A stretch of DNA of 64,000 nucleotides from Betaproteobacteria bacterium (GTDB lineage Bacteria > Pseudomonadota > Gammaproteobacteria > Burkholderiales > SG8-41). Location of the stretch: contig JANYDY010000031.1 in NCBI GenBank assembly GCA_025363435.1, positions 14,584 to 78,583 on the forward strand, given 5' to 3'. Position 1 is the first letter of the stretch; each line of letters opens with the position of its first letter. The notes beneath the pieces were generated by a model. It saw only the letters and a list, made by a program, of their open reading frames with translations. It was not told where the DNA came from and ran no database searches. This document shows positions 1 through 14,991 of this stretch, piece after piece. The position numbers were made by a program, and so were the translations under genes.

Positions 1-1
1 T

Positions 2-178
2 ATGGAAGCGACGGTACAGACAACAACATTGCCCGACAAAGGCGTATGGCACCGCGTCAGGGTCGGCCCGTATACGACAGTGGACGACCTCAACCGCGCG
101 CGTGATTCATTGAAGCAAAGCGGCATCGACACGACATTAATCAAGGTTCGCGAGACGCCCGCGCAACCGGCAAAATAA
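2..178 (+). CDS. SPOR-domain protein, C-terminal fragment (5' end outside window)
   Basis: Frame is open from the window edge to TAA at 176-178. Translation ...KGVWHRVRVGPYTTVDDLNRARDSLKQSGIDTTLIKVRE resembles a C-terminal SPOR peptidoglycan-binding repeat. It has no start codon in the window, so it is absent from the ORF track. Confidence 0.6.
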   Translation: MEATVQTTTLPDKGVWHRVRVGPYTTVDDLNRARDSLKQSGIDTTLIKVRETPAQPAK

Positions 179-194
179 CCTGAGGGGGAAATTC

Positions 195-875
195 ATGATT
201 TCTGCGTTGAAGCGACTGCTCGTTCCGGCCTGCATTGCACTGCTGGCATCCGCCGGCATTGCCTCGGCCCAGCCGGCCGCCACGCTGGGCCGCGACTTTA
301 CAATAATCAACCCGGCGCAACCAACCGACAGCGGAAAAAAAATCGAGGTCACCGAGTTTTTCTGGTACGGCTGCATTCACTGTTACCACCTCGAAGCACC
401 GCTCAAGGCCTGGCTCAAGCGCAAGCCGGCCGACGTTGAGTTTCGCTACGTGCCGGCGATATTCGACCCCGCATCGTGGGGGCCGATGGCGCGTGCGTTT
501 TACGCCCTCGACGCGCTGGGTGTCGGCGGCAAGTACCACGACGAAATATTCACCGCCATACACAAAGACGGCTTTAAAGTGATGGTGACCGACCCGCGTG
601 TCATGGCCGACTGGTTTGCCACCAAGGGCATTGAAAAACAAAAATTCACCGACGCCTACAATTCGTTTGCCGTGAATGGCCGCGTCAAACGCTCCGAAGA
701 CATGACGCGCAGCTACGATGTGCCGGGCACGCCCGCACTGGCGGTGGACGGCAAATATATGACCGGCCCCTCGATGGTGGTGAATCAGGATGGCAGCGTC
801 AATTACGAGCGCTTTTTCCAGGTACTCGATCAATTGATCGCGCGGGCGCGCAAGGAACGCGCCGGCCAGAAATAA
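195..875 (+). CDS. dsbA: Periplasmic thiol:disulfide oxidoreductase DsbA
   Basis: 226-aa ORF with a signal-peptide-like N-terminus (ACIALLASAGIASA) and a thioredoxin-fold CXXC site FFWYGCIHCYHLE. Purine-rich RBS (GAGGGGGAA) upstream. Confidence 0.9.
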   Translation: MISALKRLLVPACIALLASAGIASAQPAATLGRDFTIINPAQPTDSGKKIEVTEFFWYGCIHCYHLEAPLKAWLKRKPADVEFRYVPAIFDPASWGPMARAFYALDALGVGGKYHDEIFTAIHKDGFKVMVTDPRVMADWFATKGIEKQKFTDAYNSFAVNGRVKRSEDMTRSYDVPGTPALAVDGKYMTGPSMVVNQDGSVNYERFFQVLDQLIARARKERAGQK

Positions 876-878
876 GCC

Positions 879-1541
879 ATGCGCGCCTACGCGCAAATCT
901 TCGCCAGACTGTTGCTGTGCGTGCTGGCGCTGGGGGCGGTCACGCTGTCCGCATCAGCTCAGCAGGTGAAGCGGGATGTCGATTACCGCATCCTGCCGCA
1001 GCCGCAACCGGTGCAGACGGGCGAACGCATTGAAGTGATCGATTTTTTCTTCTATGCCTGCCCTTACTGCAACGAGCTTGCACCGCATCTCGAGCGCTGG
1101 TTGAAACGCAAACCGGCCGACGTCGTTTTCCGCCGCATGCCGGTGGTACGCCACGATAGCTGGGTGCCGCTGGCAAAAACATTTTTTGCACTCGAAACCA
1201 TGGGCGAAGCGGAACGCCTGCATCTGGCCGTCTATCGCAGCTATCACGTTGAAGACCTTTACATGAGTCAGGAAAAGGTCATCGCGGAGTGGGCAACCAA
1301 AAACGGCCTCGACAGCGACAAATTCATGTCGATTTACCGCTCCGACGAGGTAAAACAAAAAGTCGAGCTGGCGAAAAAAATGACCCGAGACTATGACATC
1401 CAGGGCACGCCGTCGATTGTTGTCGATGGCCGTTATCTGACGTCCACCAGCATGACGCCCAGCGTAGCGCAGGTGATCCCTGTGATTGACGGACTGGTGC
1501 GCCTCGCCCGTCAGCAGCGCATCGAGAAAAGCGGCAAATAG
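879..1541 (+). CDS. Second DsbA-family thiol:disulfide oxidoreductase (tandem paralogue)
   Basis: 220-aa ORF starting 3 nt after the dsbA stop. It has a signal peptide, a CXXC site FFFYACPYCNEL, and is colinear with the upstream DsbA (RKPADV..., ...DIQGTPSIVVDGRY). Confidence 0.85.
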   Translation: MRAYAQIFARLLLCVLALGAVTLSASAQQVKRDVDYRILPQPQPVQTGERIEVIDFFFYACPYCNELAPHLERWLKRKPADVVFRRMPVVRHDSWVPLAKTFFALETMGEAERLHLAVYRSYHVEDLYMSQEKVIAEWATKNGLDSDKFMSIYRSDEVKQKVELAKKMTRDYDIQGTPSIVVDGRYLTSTSMTPSVAQVIPVIDGLVRLARQQRIEKSGK

Positions 1542-1575
1542 CCGCCGCACAACGCCCGGCCCGGGCGCATTGCCG

Positions 1576-3405
1576 CTATTCGACAGTTACCGATTTCGCC
1601 AGGTTGCGCGGCTTGTCGACATCGTTGCCGCGCACCAGCGCCGCGTGATAGGCCAGCAGCTGCAGCGGCAGCGTGTGCAGAATCGGGCTCAGAATTCCCG
1701 CGTGATCAGGCAATTTGATGACTTCAACGCCTGCGCTCGAGACGAGGCGCGCATCTCTATCAGCCAGCACGTAGAGCTGACCGCCGCGCGCGTGCACTTC
1801 CTGCATATTAGATTTGAGTTTTTCCAGCAACGCGTCGTTTGGCGCAATCGCCACCACCGGCATTTCCTTGTCAACCAGCGCAAGCGGGCCATGCTTCAAC
1901 TCACCGGCGGGATAAGCCTCGGCGTGTATGTACGATATTTCTTTGAGCTTGAGCGCTCCCTCCATCGCAATTGGATAGTGGATACCGCGACCGAGAAATA
2001 ACGCGTGATCGTGGGCGGCGAATTTTTTCGCCCATTCCTTTATTTGCGCTTCGACCTGCAGCACGTGCGACAGCGCAGCCGGAAGATGCCGCAAGGCCTG
2101 AATCAATTCCTGCTCGTTTGCGGCCGTCAATCGCCCGCGTAATTTCGCCAGCACCAGCGTCAACAGCACCAGGGCGGCGAGCTGCGTCGTAAATGCCTTG
2201 GTCGAAGCAACGCCGATTTCCGGGCCGGCGCGCGTCAGGAAGCGCAGGTCCGACAAGCGCACCAGCGCACTCTCCGGCACATTGCAGATCGACAGGCAAT
2301 GCCGGTGCCCCAGTTCCTTTGCAAAATTCAGCGCGGCTATCGTATCGGCGGTTTCGCCGGACTGTGAAATCGTCACGACAAGTGCGCGCGGATTCGGCAC
2401 CGATGCGCGATAGCGATATTCGCTGGCGATTTCAACAATGCAGGGCAGACCCGCGATCGCTTCTATCCAGTAACGCGCAACAACGCCGGCGTGGTAACTG
2501 GTGCCGCAGGCGAGAATCAAAACGCTATCGATCTCCGCAAGCGTCTTTGCTGCGTCAACACCGAATAACTGCGGCGATAGCGACTGCGCGTTGACGACCA
2601 TCTCAAGCGTATTGGCGAGAGCGCCGGGCTGCTCGAAGATTTCCTTCTGCATGTAATGCCGGTAGGGCCCGAGATCGACGGCGTCGGCGGTTAGCTCGCT
2701 GAGATGGATCGGCCGTTCGACTTTTTTGCCCGCAGCGTCGCGTACTTCGTAGCGCTCGCGATGCAAATCAACGACGTCGCCCTCTTCGAGATAGATCATG
2801 CGTCGCGTGACCTGCAAGAGGGCCGAGGCATCGGAAGCGGCAAACATTTCACCGTCACCGATGCCCAGCAATAACGGCGCGCCCCGGCGCGCCACCACCA
2901 CGCGCCCGGCTTCGGCCTCGGTCGCCACGGCAATCGCGAAAGCGCCCTGCAGCTCGCCGACCGCCGCGCACGTTGCCGCAAAAATATCCGCAGCGGTCTG
3001 CATGTGCCGGTGTATCAGATGGGCGATGACTTCAGTGTCGGTGTCGGACGTAAATTGATAGCCGGCTGCCTGCAGCTTGAGGCGGATCGCGTCGTGATTT
3101 TCAATAATGCCGTTGTGCACGACGGCGATGCCGCCGCTGATATGCGGATGCGCATTTTTTTCCGATGGCGCGCCGTGCGTCGCCCAGCGCGTGTGCGCAA
3201 TACCGGTGTTGCCTGTGAGTTTGTTCTGTGCGGTGGCAGCGGTCAATTCTGCCACGCGCCCGGCACTGCGCAGGCGTTGCAGTTTCCCATCGACGATGAC
3301 GGCAACGCCGGCTGAATCGTAGCCGCGGTATTCCAGACGCCGCAATCCCTCAAGCAGCAGGGGCACAACATCACGCCCTGCGACGGCTGCGACAATTCCA
3401 CACAT
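1576..3405 (-). CDS. glmS: Glutamine--fructose-6-phosphate aminotransferase
   Basis: 609 aa. N-terminal MCGIV (Ntn Cys2 amidotransferase), SIS-domain body, and the typical C-terminus ...[13 protein letters not shown]. Confidence 0.97.
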   Translation of the reverse strand: MCGIVAAVAGRDVVPLLLEGLRRLEYRGYDSAGVAVIVDGKLQRLRSAGRVAELTAATAQNKLTGNTGIAHTRWATHGAPSEKNAHPHISGGIAVVHNGIIENHDAIRLKLQAAGYQFTSDTDTEVIAHLIHRHMQTAADIFAATCAAVGELQGAFAIAVATEAEAGRVVVARRGAPLLLGIGDGEMFAASDASALLQVTRRMIYLEEGDVVDLHRERYEVRDAAGKKVERPIHLSELTADAVDLGPYRHYMQKEIFEQPGALANTLEMVVNAQSLSPQLFGVDAAKTLAEIDSVLILACGTSYHAGVVARYWIEAIAGLPCIVEIASEYRYRASVPNPRALVVTISQSGETADTIAALNFAKELGHRHCLSICNVPESALVRLSDLRFLTRAGPEIGVASTKAFTTQLAALVLLTLVLAKLRGRLTAANEQELIQALRHLPAALSHVLQVEAQIKEWAKKFAAHDHALFLGRGIHYPIAMEGALKLKEISYIHAEAYPAGELKHGPLALVDKEMPVVAIAPNDALLEKLKSNMQEVHARGGQLYVLADRDARLVSSAGVEVIKLPDHAGILSPILHTLPLQLLAYHAALVRGNDVDKPRNLAKSVTVE

Positions 3406-3407
3406 TT

Positions 3408-4787
3408 TTACTTGCCCTTCGTCACTTTCGCCGCTTTGCGCGGGCGCTGCCAGTTCGCAATTGAAATCTGGCGCGCACGCGACAAGGTCAACTGATTTGC
3501 CGGCGCGTCTTTGGTGATGGTGCTGCCGGCGCCAATAGTTGCGCCGCGGCGCACCGTTACTGGCGCCACCAATTGCGTATTGGAGCCGATAAATACTTCA
3601 TCTTCGATCACCGTGCGGTGTTTGTTCGCGCCATCATAATTACAGGTTATGCTGCCGGCGCCGACGTTGACCTTGCGTCCGACCTGCGTATCACCAACAT
3701 AGGAAAGATGATTGGCCTTGCTGCCCTGGCCTATCGTCGATGCCTTCACTTCCACAAAATTGCCGATGTGCACTTCGTTGGCAAGTGTCGTCGCGGGCCT
3801 GATGCGCGCAAAAGGACCGACGATGCACCTTGCACCGATGCGGGCTTCGTCGATCATGGTGAACGGGGCAATTCTGCTGCCGGCGCCTATGGTGGTGTTG
3901 CGAATCACACAATTGGCACCGATTTCGACGCCGGCGCCCAAGCGCACGTCGCCTTCAAATACGCAATTAATATCGATGCGGACATCGCGGCCGCAGCGCA
4001 AGTCTCCGCGCAAATCGAAACGCCGCGGATCGGCAAGGTTGACGCCCGAATCGAGCAGGCGCCTGGCGGCTTCAAATTGGTAGGCGCGCTCGAGCTCTGC
4101 CAGCTGTTGCTGGCTGTTGACGCCTTGGATTTCCCACAACGCTTTGGGCGCAACGGTGGCAATTCTCACACCATCCTGCAATGCGAGTGCGACGACGTCG
4201 GTCAGGTAGTACTCACCCTGCGCATTGCGATTCGACAGGCGCGAGAGCCACGCCGCCAACCGCTTCGTCGGCAGTAACATCAGCCCGGTATTGCCTTCGT
4301 GAATACGGCGTTGTTCCGCGCTGGCATCTTTTTCTTCCACAATGCCGGTAACCGCGCCACGCGCGTTACGCAAAATGCGCCCGTAGCCCGCCGGATTTTC
4401 AAACTGTGCGGTTAACAGCCGGAGGCCCTCGCCGCGGCCGGCCACCATTTTCCGCAGTGTGCCGGCAGATATCAACGGCACATCGCCATAGAGCACCAGA
4501 GTATCGGCACGCGCATCGAGCTGCGGCAGCGCCTGTTTGACCGCATGGCCGGTACCGAGCTGCTGTTTTTGCCGCACAAAAATCAGATCGCCGGCACGCA
4601 TGGTCTGCGGCACCTGTTCGCCGCCGTAGCCGTAAACCACGCAAATCCGGCGCGGCTTAAGAGCCCTTGCCGCCGCAATCACATGTGCAAGCAAGGGCAT
4701 GCCGGCGAGCCGATGCAGCACCTTGGGCAATGCCGAATTCATGCGCTTGCCCTGGCCTGCCGCCAGTATTACGACGTTGACTGCCAT
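3408..4787 (-). CDS. glmU: Bifunctional UDP-GlcNAc pyrophosphorylase / GlcN-1-P acetyltransferase
   Basis: 459 aa. N-terminal LAAGQGKRM nucleotidyltransferase motif and a C-terminal hexapeptide-repeat (left-handed beta-helix) region. Lies 2 nt upstream of glmS. Confidence 0.96.
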   Translation of the reverse strand: MAVNVVILAAGQGKRMNSALPKVLHRLAGMPLLAHVIAAARALKPRRICVVYGYGGEQVPQTMRAGDLIFVRQKQQLGTGHAVKQALPQLDARADTLVLYGDVPLISAGTLRKMVAGRGEGLRLLTAQFENPAGYGRILRNARGAVTGIVEEKDASAEQRRIHEGNTGLMLLPTKRLAAWLSRLSNRNAQGEYYLTDVVALALQDGVRIATVAPKALWEIQGVNSQQQLAELERAYQFEAARRLLDSGVNLADPRRFDLRGDLRCGRDVRIDINCVFEGDVRLGAGVEIGANCVIRNTTIGAGSRIAPFTMIDEARIGARCIVGPFARIRPATTLANEVHIGNFVEVKASTIGQGSKANHLSYVGDTQVGRKVNVGAGSITCNYDGANKHRTVIEDEVFIGSNTQLVAPVTVRRGATIGAGSTITKDAPANQLTLSRARQISIANWQRPRKAAKVTKGK

Positions 4788-4793
4788 ACCGAA

Positions 4794-6386
4794 TTATCGC
4801 ATACCGTGGTTTTGCTCGACGCCGCCAACACGCGCCGCCACATAGCTGTCAACCGCCTGCCGCTGGCTTGCCGTCATGTGCAAACCGGCTTTGCTGCGGC
4901 GGTACAGCACATCGTCACCCGTCTGCGCCCATTCATGTTCAATCATGTAGTCAATTTCCCGCGCGTAAAGGTTGCCGCCGAAATCCGTACCCAGATCTGC
5001 GGCTGATTTCACATTTAGCAGAACATGCGAAATACGCGAGCCGTGCCGGTTTACGATTGCGTCGATTACTGCTGGCGGCAAAGTCTGCCAGGCTGCGCTC
5101 AGTTCAGTTTCTGTTGCGGGTTCGCCGCCGGGTAACGGCGACGTATCGGTCCAGGCCGATTTCATGTCGGGAAACCACGGTGCGAGCTTTTCCAGTACGT
5201 GCTCGGCGAGCTTGCGATAGGTGGTGATCTTGCCGCCAAAGACTGACAACACGGGCGCGCTGCCTGCATCGTCGTCAAGACGAAGGGTGTAATCACGGGT
5301 GACTGCCGACGGGTTGGCGCTACCGTCGTCGTAGAGCGGCCGCACCCCGGCGTAACTCCACAGTACGTCTTGCGGCACGACCGGCTGTTGCAGGTATCGA
5401 TTCACGGCGCGGCACAGATATTCGATTTCCTCGACACTGGCCTGCGGGATTTCGGCGGCGGCGCTCACCGGAATATCGGTTGTACCGACCAGCGTGTACG
5501 ACCCCTGATAAGGAATCATGAATACGACCCGGCGATCGTCGTTTTGCAGAATAAAAGCATGCTCGCCGGGATAAAGGCGCGGCACGACAATATGACTGCC
5601 TTTGACCAGGCGCACGTTGTCGCCGCTGGGCTGCCGCAGACGCTCGTTCAAGGTCTGCTTTACCCACGGACCCGAAGCGTTGACGATGGCACGCGCGGTA
5701 ACTGCAGTTTCCTTGCCGGTGTTCGCACGTAACCGCAGTTCCCAGCCGCCATCAATGCGCTTGCCGGCGATACATTCCGTGCGCACAAGTATTGCAGCGC
5801 CCCATTCTGCGGCGCTTAGAGCATTAGTAAGCACTAACCTCGCATCATCAACACGGCAATCCGAGTAAATGAAGCCATGGCTTAATTCGGGCTTGAGGCC
5901 GGCGTTGAAAGGCGGCTGGCGCAGGCTGATGCCGTGAGATCCCGCTAGCAGGCTATCGCGCGGCCCGGCCGCGGTGGCACGCCGGCCGAGGTGATCGTAG
6001 AGAAACAAACCGGTTCGTATCATCCAGCGCGGCCGCAGTTCGGGCACATGCGGCATGACGAAGCGCATGGGCTTTACCAGATGGGGCGCGATATTGAGCA
6101 GGATTTCGCGCTCGGCAAGCGCTTCGGCAACGAGCCGGAATTCATATTGTTCGAGGTAGCGCAGGCCGCCATGGATCAACTTGCTGCTCCACGACGACGT
6201 AGCAGAGGCAAGATCGTTTTTTTCGACCAGCAGCACGGACAAGCCACGACCTGCGGCATCGCGCGCAATGCCGGCGCCGTTGATACCGCCACCAATCACA
6301 ACCAGATCGTAGTTACCGCCTGCTTCAGCCAAAATCGCGCCCGCCGAAAGGGAATACACCGATTCTATGCCAGACGACCGCCACAA
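4794..6386 (-). CDS. glpD: FAD-dependent glycerol-3-phosphate dehydrogenase (GlpD type)
   Basis: 530 aa. Dinucleotide fold DLVVIGGGINGAGIARDAAGRG followed by SSKLIHGGLRYLEQYEFRLV, as in aerobic GlpD. The ORF-track start is TTG at 6386, and an in-frame GTG at 6359 is also possible. Confidence 0.85.
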   Translation of the reverse strand: MWRSSGIESVYSLSAGAILAEAGGNYDLVVIGGGINGAGIARDAAGRGLSVLLVEKNDLASATSSWSSKLIHGGLRYLEQYEFRLVAEALAEREILLNIAPHLVKPMRFVMPHVPELRPRWMIRTGLFLYDHLGRRATAAGPRDSLLAGSHGISLRQPPFNAGLKPELSHGFIYSDCRVDDARLVLTNALSAAEWGAAILVRTECIAGKRIDGGWELRLRANTGKETAVTARAIVNASGPWVKQTLNERLRQPSGDNVRLVKGSHIVVPRLYPGEHAFILQNDDRRVVFMIPYQGSYTLVGTTDIPVSAAAEIPQASVEEIEYLCRAVNRYLQQPVVPQDVLWSYAGVRPLYDDGSANPSAVTRDYTLRLDDDAGSAPVLSVFGGKITTYRKLAEHVLEKLAPWFPDMKSAWTDTSPLPGGEPATETELSAAWQTLPPAVIDAIVNRHGSRISHVLLNVKSAADLGTDFGGNLYAREIDYMIEHEWAQTGDDVLYRRSKAGLHMTASQRQAVDSYVAARVGGVEQNHGMR

Positions 6387-6391
6387 ATGAC

Positions 6392-6420
6392 AAAAGGCAG
6401 CTTGCGCTGCCTTTTTGTTT
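6392..6420 (-). terminator. Intrinsic (bidirectional) terminator after atpC
   Basis: AAAAGGCAGC-TTGC-GCTGCCTTTT hairpin (6392-6415), flanked by T-tracts on both strands, in the 48-bp atpC-glpD spacer. Confidence 0.6.
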
Positions 6421-6434
6421 TGTCACCGGATCGA

Positions 6435-6854
6435 TTATCTCTTTTGGCGGAGTTTGCGAATCACCGCAAGCTGTGCAGCGAGCGTCGCCAGTTCAGCCTC
6501 GACGGAGGCAATTTCCTGTTTGTCCTGCGCCTTGGCACGGGCTTCTTCGGCGCGTTTGAGCGCTTCCGTCGCCTTCGCTTCATCCAGATCATGGCCGCGG
6601 ATCGCGGTATCCGCCAACACCGTTACGACCTTCGGCTGGACTTCGAGAATTCCGCCGGCAACAAAAATCAATTCTTCGTCGCCGCCAACCGGCTTGATGC
6701 GCACCGAGCCCGGCTTGATGCGTGTGATCAGCGGTGTGTGCTGCGGATAGATGCCGAGTTCGCCGCCTTCGCCCGGCAAAACGACGAACTCCGCCTCGCC
6801 CGAGTAAACACTTTGCTCGGCGCTGACGACGTCTACATGCAGGGTGTTTGCCAT
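6435..6854 (-). CDS. atpC: F1 ATP synthase subunit epsilon
   Basis: 139 aa, last gene of the atp operon, with an epsilon-like N-terminal beta-sandwich and C-terminal helical hairpin sequence. Confidence 0.93.
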   Translation of the reverse strand: MANTLHVDVVSAEQSVYSGEAEFVVLPGEGGELGIYPQHTPLITRIKPGSVRIKPVGGDEELIFVAGGILEVQPKVVTVLADTAIRGHDLDEAKATEALKRAEEARAKAQDKQEIASVEAELATLAAQLAVIRKLRQKR

Positions 6855-6857
6855 GGG

Positions 6858-9190
<2,333 letters not shown>

Positions 9191-9244
9191 GCGTCTTGTC
9201 CTTGCCCGGGGGTTTGACCGGTTACTGGATTACCAGCTCACAAA

Positions 9245-10792
9245 TCAATAGCTACCGTTTTTCTTCCAGTCGTCGATGGCGGCTTTGAGGGCCTTTTCGT
9301 CATCAGCGCTGATGTCTTTTTTGTCTTCGATGCGGTTAAGCAGATCTGCATACTTCGACTTGATGTAGTCGCGCAGACTGCGTTCGGCGGCCAGCGCTTT
9401 TTTAACCTCGATATCGTCGAAATAACCGTTGTTGGCAGCAAACAGCGTCAACGCCATTTCACTGACCTGCATCGGCTGATACTGCGCCTGCTTCATCAAC
9501 TCGGTGACCATACGGCCGCGCTCAAGCTGCTTGCGCGTGGTTTCGTCAAGGTCAGAGGCGAACTGCGCGAAAGCCGCGAGTTCGCGATATTGCGCCAGCG
9601 CCAGACGCACACCGGCGCCGACGTCTTTACGCTTCATCACCTTGGTTTGCGCGGCGCCACCGACGCGCGACACCGAAACACCGGCGTTGATCGCGGGGCG
9701 GATGCCGGCGTTGAACAGATCGGTCTCAAGGAAGATCTGACCATCGGTAATCGAGATCACATTGGTCGGCACGAAGGCTGAAACGTCACCAGCCTGGGTT
9801 TCAATCACCGGCAGTGCAGTCAGCGATCCGGTCTTGCCTTTGACCGCGCCCTTGGTAAATTTCTCGACGTATTCTTCATTGACGCGCGCGGCGCGCTCAA
9901 GCAGACGCGAGTGCAGATAAAACACGTCGCCCGGATAGGCTTCGCGACCCGGCGGACGGCGCAGTAAGAGAGATACCTGACGGTAAGCCCAGGCCTGCTT
10001 GGTCAAATCGTCATAAATAATCAGCGCATCCTGACCGCGATCACGGAAGTATTCGCCCATGGTGCAGCCGGAGTAGGGCGCGATAAATTGCATCGCTGCC
10101 GATTCCGACGCCGTTGCGGCGACCACGATGGTGTAGGCCATCGCGCCGTGTTCTTCGAGTTTGCGCACAACGTTGGCAATAGTTGAGGCTTTCTGACCGA
10201 TCGCCACATAAATACAGAACAGGTCTTTGCCCTTCTGATTGATGATGGTGTCGACCGCAACCGCCGTCTTGCCGGTCTGGCGATCGCCGATGATCAGTTC
10301 GCGCTGACCGCGGCCGACCGGCACCATGGCGTCAATTGACTTCAGGCCGGTTTGCACCGGCTGCGACACAGATTTACGCGCAATCACGCCCGGCGCAACT
10401 TTTTCGATAACGTCACTCAGCTTGGCATTGATCGGGCCTTTGCCGTCGATCGGCTGGCCGAGTGAATTGACGACGCGTCCGATCAGTTCCGGACCGATCG
10501 GCACCGACAGAATCTGGCCGGTACATTTGACCGTGTCGCCTTCGGAGATATGTTCGTATTCGCCGAGAATAACCGCGCCGACCGAATCGCGTTCAAGGTT
10601 AAGCGCCAGACCGAAAGTATTTTTCGGAAACTCCAGCATCTCGCCTTGCATGACATCGGCCAGCCCGTGAATACGGCAAATGCCGTCGGTCACGGAGATG
10701 ATCGTGCCCTGCGTGCGCGACTCGCTGCTCGTGCCGAGGTTCTGGATTCTGCTCTTGATCAGTTCACTGATTTCTGACGGATTGAGTTGCAT
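9245..10792 (-). CDS. atpA: F1 ATP synthase subunit alpha
   Basis: 515 aa with Walker A GDRQTGKT and a conserved alpha-subunit sequence. Confidence 0.97.
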   Translation of the reverse strand: MQLNPSEISELIKSRIQNLGTSSESRTQGTIISVTDGICRIHGLADVMQGEMLEFPKNTFGLALNLERDSVGAVILGEYEHISEGDTVKCTGQILSVPIGPELIGRVVNSLGQPIDGKGPINAKLSDVIEKVAPGVIARKSVSQPVQTGLKSIDAMVPVGRGQRELIIGDRQTGKTAVAVDTIINQKGKDLFCIYVAIGQKASTIANVVRKLEEHGAMAYTIVVAATASESAAMQFIAPYSGCTMGEYFRDRGQDALIIYDDLTKQAWAYRQVSLLLRRPPGREAYPGDVFYLHSRLLERAARVNEEYVEKFTKGAVKGKTGSLTALPVIETQAGDVSAFVPTNVISITDGQIFLETDLFNAGIRPAINAGVSVSRVGGAAQTKVMKRKDVGAGVRLALAQYRELAAFAQFASDLDETTRKQLERGRMVTELMKQAQYQPMQVSEMALTLFAANNGYFDDIEVKKALAAERSLRDYIKSKYADLLNRIEDKKDISADDEKALKAAIDDWKKNGSY

Positions 10793-10801
10793 CTGAAACT
10801 C

Positions 10802-11338
10802 CTAACGAATGAGTGCAGCCGACATCGCGTCGAGCTTGCCGCGCACGGTCGCGTCAACAACATTGTCGCCGACCACTATCTTGATTCCACCGATCAGTTT
10901 TGCATCGACGCTGACCTGCGCGCGCACTTTGCGCTGATATTTGCTTTCGAGCTTTTTCACCAGTTGCGCGACTTGCGCGTCGTCAATCGCGAAAGCCGAA
11001 TGTATTTCCGCTTCAAGCACGCCCTCGTGCTCGAGGCGCAGAGCGTCAAACATGGTGCGGATTTCCGGCAGCATGGCCAGCCGGTTGTTCTGTTCGAGCA
11101 CTTGCACGAAATTCCGCCCGGCGGCATCGAGTTTGTCGCCGCACACGCCGAGGATCAGGCTTTGCAACTGCTCGGTGCTGACATTGGGGTCGCCGATGCA
11201 ACGCGCGACGGCCGCATCCTGTACGACGAGATCGAGCAGATGCAGGGTTTCCGACCATGCTTCAAGCTGGTTCTTTTCGCGGGCCAGCTTGAAAGCCGCT
11301 TCCGCGTAAGGCCGCGCAATGGTGACAGTTTCCGCCAT
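10802..11338 (-). CDS. atpH: F1 ATP synthase subunit delta (OSCP)
   Basis: 178 aa. N-terminal TIARPYAEAAF, positioned between atpF and atpA. Confidence 0.92.
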   Translation of the reverse strand: MAETVTIARPYAEAAFKLAREKNQLEAWSETLHLLDLVVQDAAVARCIGDPNVSTEQLQSLILGVCGDKLDAAGRNFVQVLEQNNRLAMLPEIRTMFDALRLEHEGVLEAEIHSAFAIDDAQVAQLVKKLESKYQRKVRAQVSVDAKLIGGIKIVVGDNVVDATVRGKLDAMSAALIR

Positions 11339-11347
11339 GTTCTCGCT

Positions 11348-11818
11348 CTAGAGCTCCGCCTGCACTGCCTGCAGCAGGTCGGCGTGGGTTTTGGCATCGA
11401 CTTCGCGACGCAGGATTTTTTCCGCCCCCGACACCGCCAGCGCGGCGACCTGCAAGCGCAATGCTTCGCGCGCACGTGAAACTTCCTGCTCGATTTCCGC
11501 TTTGGCGGCGGCTTTTTCGCGATTGCCTTCGTTACGCGCCGCATTTTTTGCTTCTTCGATCATCTGCGACACACGCTTTTCTGCCTGGCCGACGATTTCG
11601 GTAGCACGGGCTCGTGCTTTTGTAATTTCCTCGTCGGCCCGCAGCGCGGACTGCGCGAGCGACTGCTTGCCTTCCTCGGCGGCAGCAAGACCGTCCGCAA
11701 TTTGCTTCTGACGTGCATGCATTGCATTCTGCAAGGGCGGCCACACGTACTTCATCGTTATCCAGATGAAAAGTGCAAACCAGATTGCCTGGCCGAATAG
11801 AGTAGCGTTGATGTTCAC
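11348..11818 (-). CDS. atpF: Fo ATP synthase subunit b
   Basis: 156 aa with a single N-terminal TM segment followed by a long charged Ala/Glu/Lys/Arg-rich helix. Operon position fits. Confidence 0.92.
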   Translation of the reverse strand: MNINATLFGQAIWFALFIWITMKYVWPPLQNAMHARQKQIADGLAAAEEGKQSLAQSALRADEEITKARARATEIVGQAEKRVSQMIEEAKNAARNEGNREKAAAKAEIEQEVSRAREALRLQVAALAVSGAEKILRREVDAKTHADLLQAVQAEL

Positions 11819-11848
11819 GCTCGTCTCCTCGCTAATTAGTCAGAAAAA

Positions 11849-13316
<1,468 letters not shown>

Positions 13317-13353
13317 GTCAATGAATGCCGTAGATTTGTAAGGTCTATGAGCA

Positions 13354-14211
13354 TCAAAACCGCTTAAGTATTGAATCCAGTTGCGCCAAGCTCGAGTACT
13401 GGATCACCAACGATCCCCGGCCCTTGTTGCCCGCCTTGATTTGAACTTTGGTGCCGAGTTTTTGCGCCAGCTCTTCCTCCAGCCTTAAAACATCGCGATC
13501 CGTGGTCTTGCGGGTAGTTTTGCCCGGCGCACCGCGCAACAGCTGGCCGACCAATTTTTCGGTGTCGCGAACGGAAAGATCCCTGGCGACCACGCTGCGC
13601 GCGGCCTCAATTTGCTGCATGCCGGTCAGTGCGAGCAGGGCACGGGCATGGCCCATGTCGAGTTTGCCCTGCTGCAATAACTCGCGCACCGGCGCTGCCA
13701 GACCGAGCAGCCGCAATAAGTTGGTTACCGCGCTACGCGAGCGCCCGACCATATCGGCGGCCTGATCGTGGGTAGCGCCGAATTCGCTCACCAGCCGCTG
13801 GATGCCGGTGGCCTGTTCCAGCGGATTCAAGTCTTCGCGCTGGATGTTTTCAATCAGCGCCATGGCCAATGCTGCGTTGTCGGCAACCTCGCGCACCAAA
13901 ACCGGCACGGTTTCGAGACCGGCAATCTTTGACGCGCGCCAGCGGCGTTCGCCGGCGATAATTTCAAACTTCCCGCCCGGCACCGGCCGCACCAGGATCG
14001 GCTGCATGATGCCCTGTGTTTTGATCGAGGCGGCGAGTTCCCGCAATGCGGCGTCATCCATATGCGAACGCGGTTGGTATTTGCCGGGTTGCAACTGGTC
14101 GATTTTGAGTTCGGATTGCCGGTCAGCTGCGGCTGGTGATGCTGCCGGCTCGTCGCCGCCGAGCAGGGCATCCAGTCCGCGGCCGAGGCCTTTCATTTTT
14201 GCCATTTGCAT
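13354..14211 (-). CDS. parB: Chromosome partitioning protein ParB (Spo0J family)
   Basis: 285 aa with KGLGRGLDALL, the ParB box ...IIAGERRWRAS... and an HTH region. The exact start is ambiguous among Met codons at 14211, 14205 and 14196. Confidence 0.95.
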   Translation of the reverse strand: MQMAKMKGLGRGLDALLGGDEPAASPAAADRQSELKIDQLQPGKYQPRSHMDDAALRELAASIKTQGIMQPILVRPVPGGKFEIIAGERRWRASKIAGLETVPVLVREVADNAALAMALIENIQREDLNPLEQATGIQRLVSEFGATHDQAADMVGRSRSAVTNLLRLLGLAAPVRELLQQGKLDMGHARALLALTGMQQIEAARSVVARDLSVRDTEKLVGQLLRGAPGKTTRKTTDRDVLRLEEELAQKLGTKVQIKAGNKGRGSLVIQYSSLAQLDSILKRF

Positions 14212-14217
14212 TATTTC

Positions 14218-14991
14218 CTAAACGACCGCCGCGGCGCGATTCAACATTTCGCCGGCCAACGCGAGATAGGCTTGCGCGCCCTTGGACGCTTTATCGAAAC
14301 CGAGTACCGGCACGCCGTGACTCGGCGCTTCGGCAAGACGTACATTGCGCGGAATCACCGTGCGATAAACCTTGTCGCCGAAGTGTTGCTGAAGCTGCGC
14401 CGAAACCTGCTGGGCAAGCATATTGCGCGGATCGTACATGGTGCGTAACAAACCCTCGATTTCGAGCTGGGGGTTCAAATGCGTGCGAACCTTCTTGACC
14501 GTTTGTACCAGATCGCTGAGACCTTCAAGCGCGTAGTACTCGCATTGCATCGGAATCAAAACAGCTTGCGCGGCGCACAACGCATTCACGGTCAGCAGAT
14601 TCAACGACGGCGGACAATCAATCAGCACGTAATCGTATTCGCCTTCAATGGTGGCAAGTGCAGTCTTCAAGCGTGTTTCGCGATGCTCGACGTCAACGAG
14701 TTCAATTTCCGCGCCGGCCAATTCACGGTTTGCCGGCACAACATCAAAATTACCGCTGGTCGAACGCACGCGTGAGTCGCAAATTTCCACTTCGCCGAGC
14801 AACACGTGATAAACCGTCTGCTTCAAAGTACGCTTGTCGATGCCGCTACCCATGGTCGCGTTACCCTGCGGATCAAGATCGATCAGCAGCACGCGCTGCT
14901 GCGTCGCCGCCAGGCTGGCAGCCAGATTGACGCTGGTGGTCGTTTTACCGACACCGCCTTTCTGGTTGGTGATAGCGAGAATTTTTTTCAT
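14218..14991 (-). CDS. parA: Chromosome partitioning ATPase ParA (Soj)
   Basis: 257 aa with the deviant Walker A NQKGGVGKTTT. Its start overlaps the rsmG stop (ATGA). Confidence 0.96.
   Translation of the reverse strand: MKKILAITNQKGGVGKTTTSVNLAASLAATQQRVLLIDLDPQGNATMGSGIDKRTLKQTVYHVLLGEVEICDSRVRSTSGNFDVVPANRELAGAEIELVDVEHRETRLKTALATIEGEYDYVLIDCPPSLNLLTVNALCAAQAVLIPMQCEYYALEGLSDLVQTVKKVRTHLNPQLEIEGLLRTMYDPRNMLAQQVSAQLQQHFGDKVYRTVIPRNVRLAEAPSHGVPVLGFDKASKGAQAYLALAGEMLNRAAAVV

Noticed and set aside
11473-11482. CACGTGAAAC parS half-site inside atpF.
   Set aside because: Only the right half matches. The left half (GCGCG) has 4 mismatches to TGTTN. It lies within coding sequence and is probably chance.
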